DNA of 63,088 nt, the filler included, from Olpidium bornovanus S191 (Eukaryota; Fungi; Olpidiomycota): assembly GCA_017911155.1 (NCBI GenBank). It is 26 parts of 26 records of this genome, joined end to end, with 100 filler letters (N's around TTAATTAATTAA, not from the genome) between each part and the next. Parts side by side here need not be neighbours in the genome. Positions count along the whole stretch, not along the records: positions 59,465 to 60,720 come from JAEFCI010001250.1; positions 60,821 to 63,088 come from JAEFCI010009172.1; 24 more parts are not named here. One strand, 5' to 3'. A model generated the notes under the pieces. The model saw nothing but the letters and a program-made list of their open reading frames with translations. It did no database searches and was not told where the DNA came from. A program made the translations under genes and the position numbers. The stretch's first letter is position 1. Each line of letters starts with the position of its first letter. Of the stretch, positions 60,707 through 63,088 are shown in pieces.

Positions 60707-63088
60707 GGGGGGGGGAAAGANNNNNNNNNNNNNNNNNNNNNNNNNNNNNNNNNNNNNNNNNNNNTTAATTAATTAANNNNNNNNNNNNNNNNNNNNNNNN
60801 NNNNNNNNNNNNNNNNNNNNCACGCGCGAGTTTTTTTTTTTTGTACTCCGAACGGGCAACTCACCTCCGGTACAAGCGACTAATTGTCCCCGAGCCGGTA
60901 AGGTTTTGGGTTTACGCAATTTTGGGCGAAATTTTCCCCGAAAATCGGCACGGTTGATCTCGTACAGGTGGCGTCACCTTTCCTTCCTCGTGTTCCACAA
61001 TTATACGCGTGGAATTGGCCCCCGGCGCTACCGTCAAAGATCTTTGGGACACTCTGCGAATCCACAAGCCTGTCTGCGGTTGCCATCTGCCCTGCCGCAG
61101 GCATGCCTTCTGTTGCCATTGCCAGTCCTTGTTCCCGCATCAAACAAACGACGGGGCGAACCCACGGACGCGGTTCTCTGAATGGCGGGAAAAGGCGGGC
61201 TCCGTAGGATTCGTGTAGATTCAACAGAGCCACCAGCACGGGGATGAGGCGCGAGCGCAACGGGCCCGCGGCGCTCTTAGGGCGAGTCGCGAGCGCTAGG
61301 CGTAAGGCGCTTTAGCGGGAGGGGGAGGGGAGGCGAGCGCGCAGGAGGGAGGTTGGCGGGGAAGGTGGCGGGAACGCCGAGCAGAAGGGACGTGCAGGGC
61401 GACGAGGCTAAGGAAGAAAGGGCTTCTACTCCGCTGCCCCAACCCCCCGCACCCTCGACCGGCAATTGCGCATCGCCGAGCCGAATTCTTGTTGAGCCCG
61501 GCGTTGGACGCGGAGACGTCCGCCGCGAGCACGGCGAAATCCTGGCGGCCGACAAAATCTTCTCGGCAGGGGCGGGCGGCGCCGGCCGCTTTATCCGATC
61601 CCAACGGAGGCTCATCGGGGCGCTTTGACAGATCTCTCCGCCTGCCTACGTCGCCAGGCGCCATTCTCAAACGAGGACGCGCTTGTTCCTTTCTTATTGA
61701 CCCCTTCAGCGTGTCGCGGGGGCGACACGACCACCTGTTTCAATAAATCGGCCAAATGACGCCCGCGGCCAACGCCAAACGTTATCCGAAACCGAATTGG
61801 TCCGACGGCTAGGCTCTCTCCGGGGCAACCGTTGTTTCGGTTCCCCGATTTGGGGTCGAATTTCTTTTGCGTAGACGTCTTTTGGTTGAAACGCGACGAG
61901 GGCGGCTTTCCTCGGCAGTCGCATTGAACTTGCGACTCCCGGGCGTACACCTATAAATTATTAATACGTCCGCATCTATTTTGGACAATGATCCTGTTTG
62001 TACCCAGAAGCTTTCGTTTTGTTGGGGGAGAGGGAGGGTTAACCTTAAGGCCCAAACGAAGGGTGCCCAACTCCAGCACGGCGTCTGCAACATAACTCAC
62101 CTCCAAAAAGAGCAGAACCAAAGAAACCCACAAAAACGTGCGTCCCAGAGAGCGGGCCGCGATGCGAAGCACGGTATGCCGCGGTTTTCAAAAGTGGAAT
62201 GTATTTCCTAGTGAAACTACAGTGCTAGAGGTACAAGGAATTATTAAGGCAACTCTGCCTTTGCGTGTTTGGAGAATCTGAAACAAGCCGTGCCGCCACA
62301 TTTATTGGCCCGCGTTTATTCCTACCGTGCGACGCGACGCGGGAGCCACGCATACGAGAACTGAGTCGTGCCACCGACCCAATTGACGCCAAGCCCCCTT
62401 TGCCCTCGTTGCAATCTCGTCTAGAAACGAGCTCCCAGCAAGAGAAGAATGAATATGACGTCATTTGGATTGCTCATAGTATATTTTAAATTTTGTCAGC
62501 GTTAGACACAATGGGCGAGCTAGTAACAAACAGGGGTCACCGGTATTCGCGCAACAACCGATTTCTAAGTCCTGTGCTACGCCACCGCCGCTTCAACTTT
62601 CCCCACTAATAAAGAAAGAGAAAGCATTTTTATAAATACTTTAGGCGGTTCTCGGAGAAATGCCAGAAGGCCTGCGAACTAACCAACTGCGCACAAGCCA
62701 TGTACGACCGGCCTGAAATCAAGACGTCAAGGCTCTTGCGGGATCCGTCGTCCGCTTTTGCAAACTCGACGACGGCGGAAAACTCATCGGCAGACCAACG
62801 CCGCTTGGGCACTACATACGAAAGGCGTTTGATAACAATTCGGGGACATTGAAAAACGTGTGCCATTCCTCGATCACCACAAATGTCCGAAGCAGAGATG
62901 GCCGAACAGCTTACAACACTGAATTGTTCTCCTTGTCCCGATGCTTTTAGGCAAGTTTGTCCGCGCCCATGGAATAACCTCAGGTCTGTATTCGGCGTGG
63001 ATTTTCCTATATTCGTAGTAGGGGGTGCCTGGCGTCCTTCCCGGGAGAGTTCAATCGCAAAATCGTCCCAGTATATTTTGCCTCTGGC

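Noticed and set aside
60880-61260. Signal-peptide-like, Cys-containing ORF on the - strand
   Set aside because: It starts at TTG rather than ATG and no clear splice acceptor was found, so it cannot be supported as a gene.

Overview
This is not one locus. It is 26 short contigs (about 1-4.3 kb) joined by an identical artificial 100-nt spacer (44 N + TTAATTAATTAA + 44 N), so genes on different contigs are not evidence of linkage. The DNA is GC-rich, intron-dense and eukaryotic. Fungal-type metabolic genes (MET2, THR1, VTC4, SAM synthetase) occur together with centriole/cilium genes (CEP104, a CCDC66/CSPP1-like protein, a C2orf81-like protein), which points to a flagellated (zoosporic) fungus; the species cannot be determined from the sequence alone. 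Other recognisable genes are proteasome alpha-6, a G3BP/Nxt3-like protein, Mak21/Noc1, insulin-degrading enzyme, IMP2, a DGAT2/TMEM68-like acyltransferase, a DEAH helicase, a GAF protein and an SH3 protein, plus several decayed Ty1/Ty3 LTR-retrotransposon fragments. Four observations stand out. (1) An apparently intron-containing gene for a TaqI/Eco57I-type restriction-modification specificity domain, i.e. a candidate domesticated bacterial-type N6-adenine DNA methyltransferase. (2) A frameshifted protein-primed B-family DNA polymerase (Polinton/adintovirus/linear-plasmid type). (3) A signal-peptide + C4HC3 RING-like protein whose RING forms only after splicing (candidate effector). (4) A repeat protein built by tandem duplication of whole exon+intron units. 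All family assignments come from motif recognition by eye; no database search was run.
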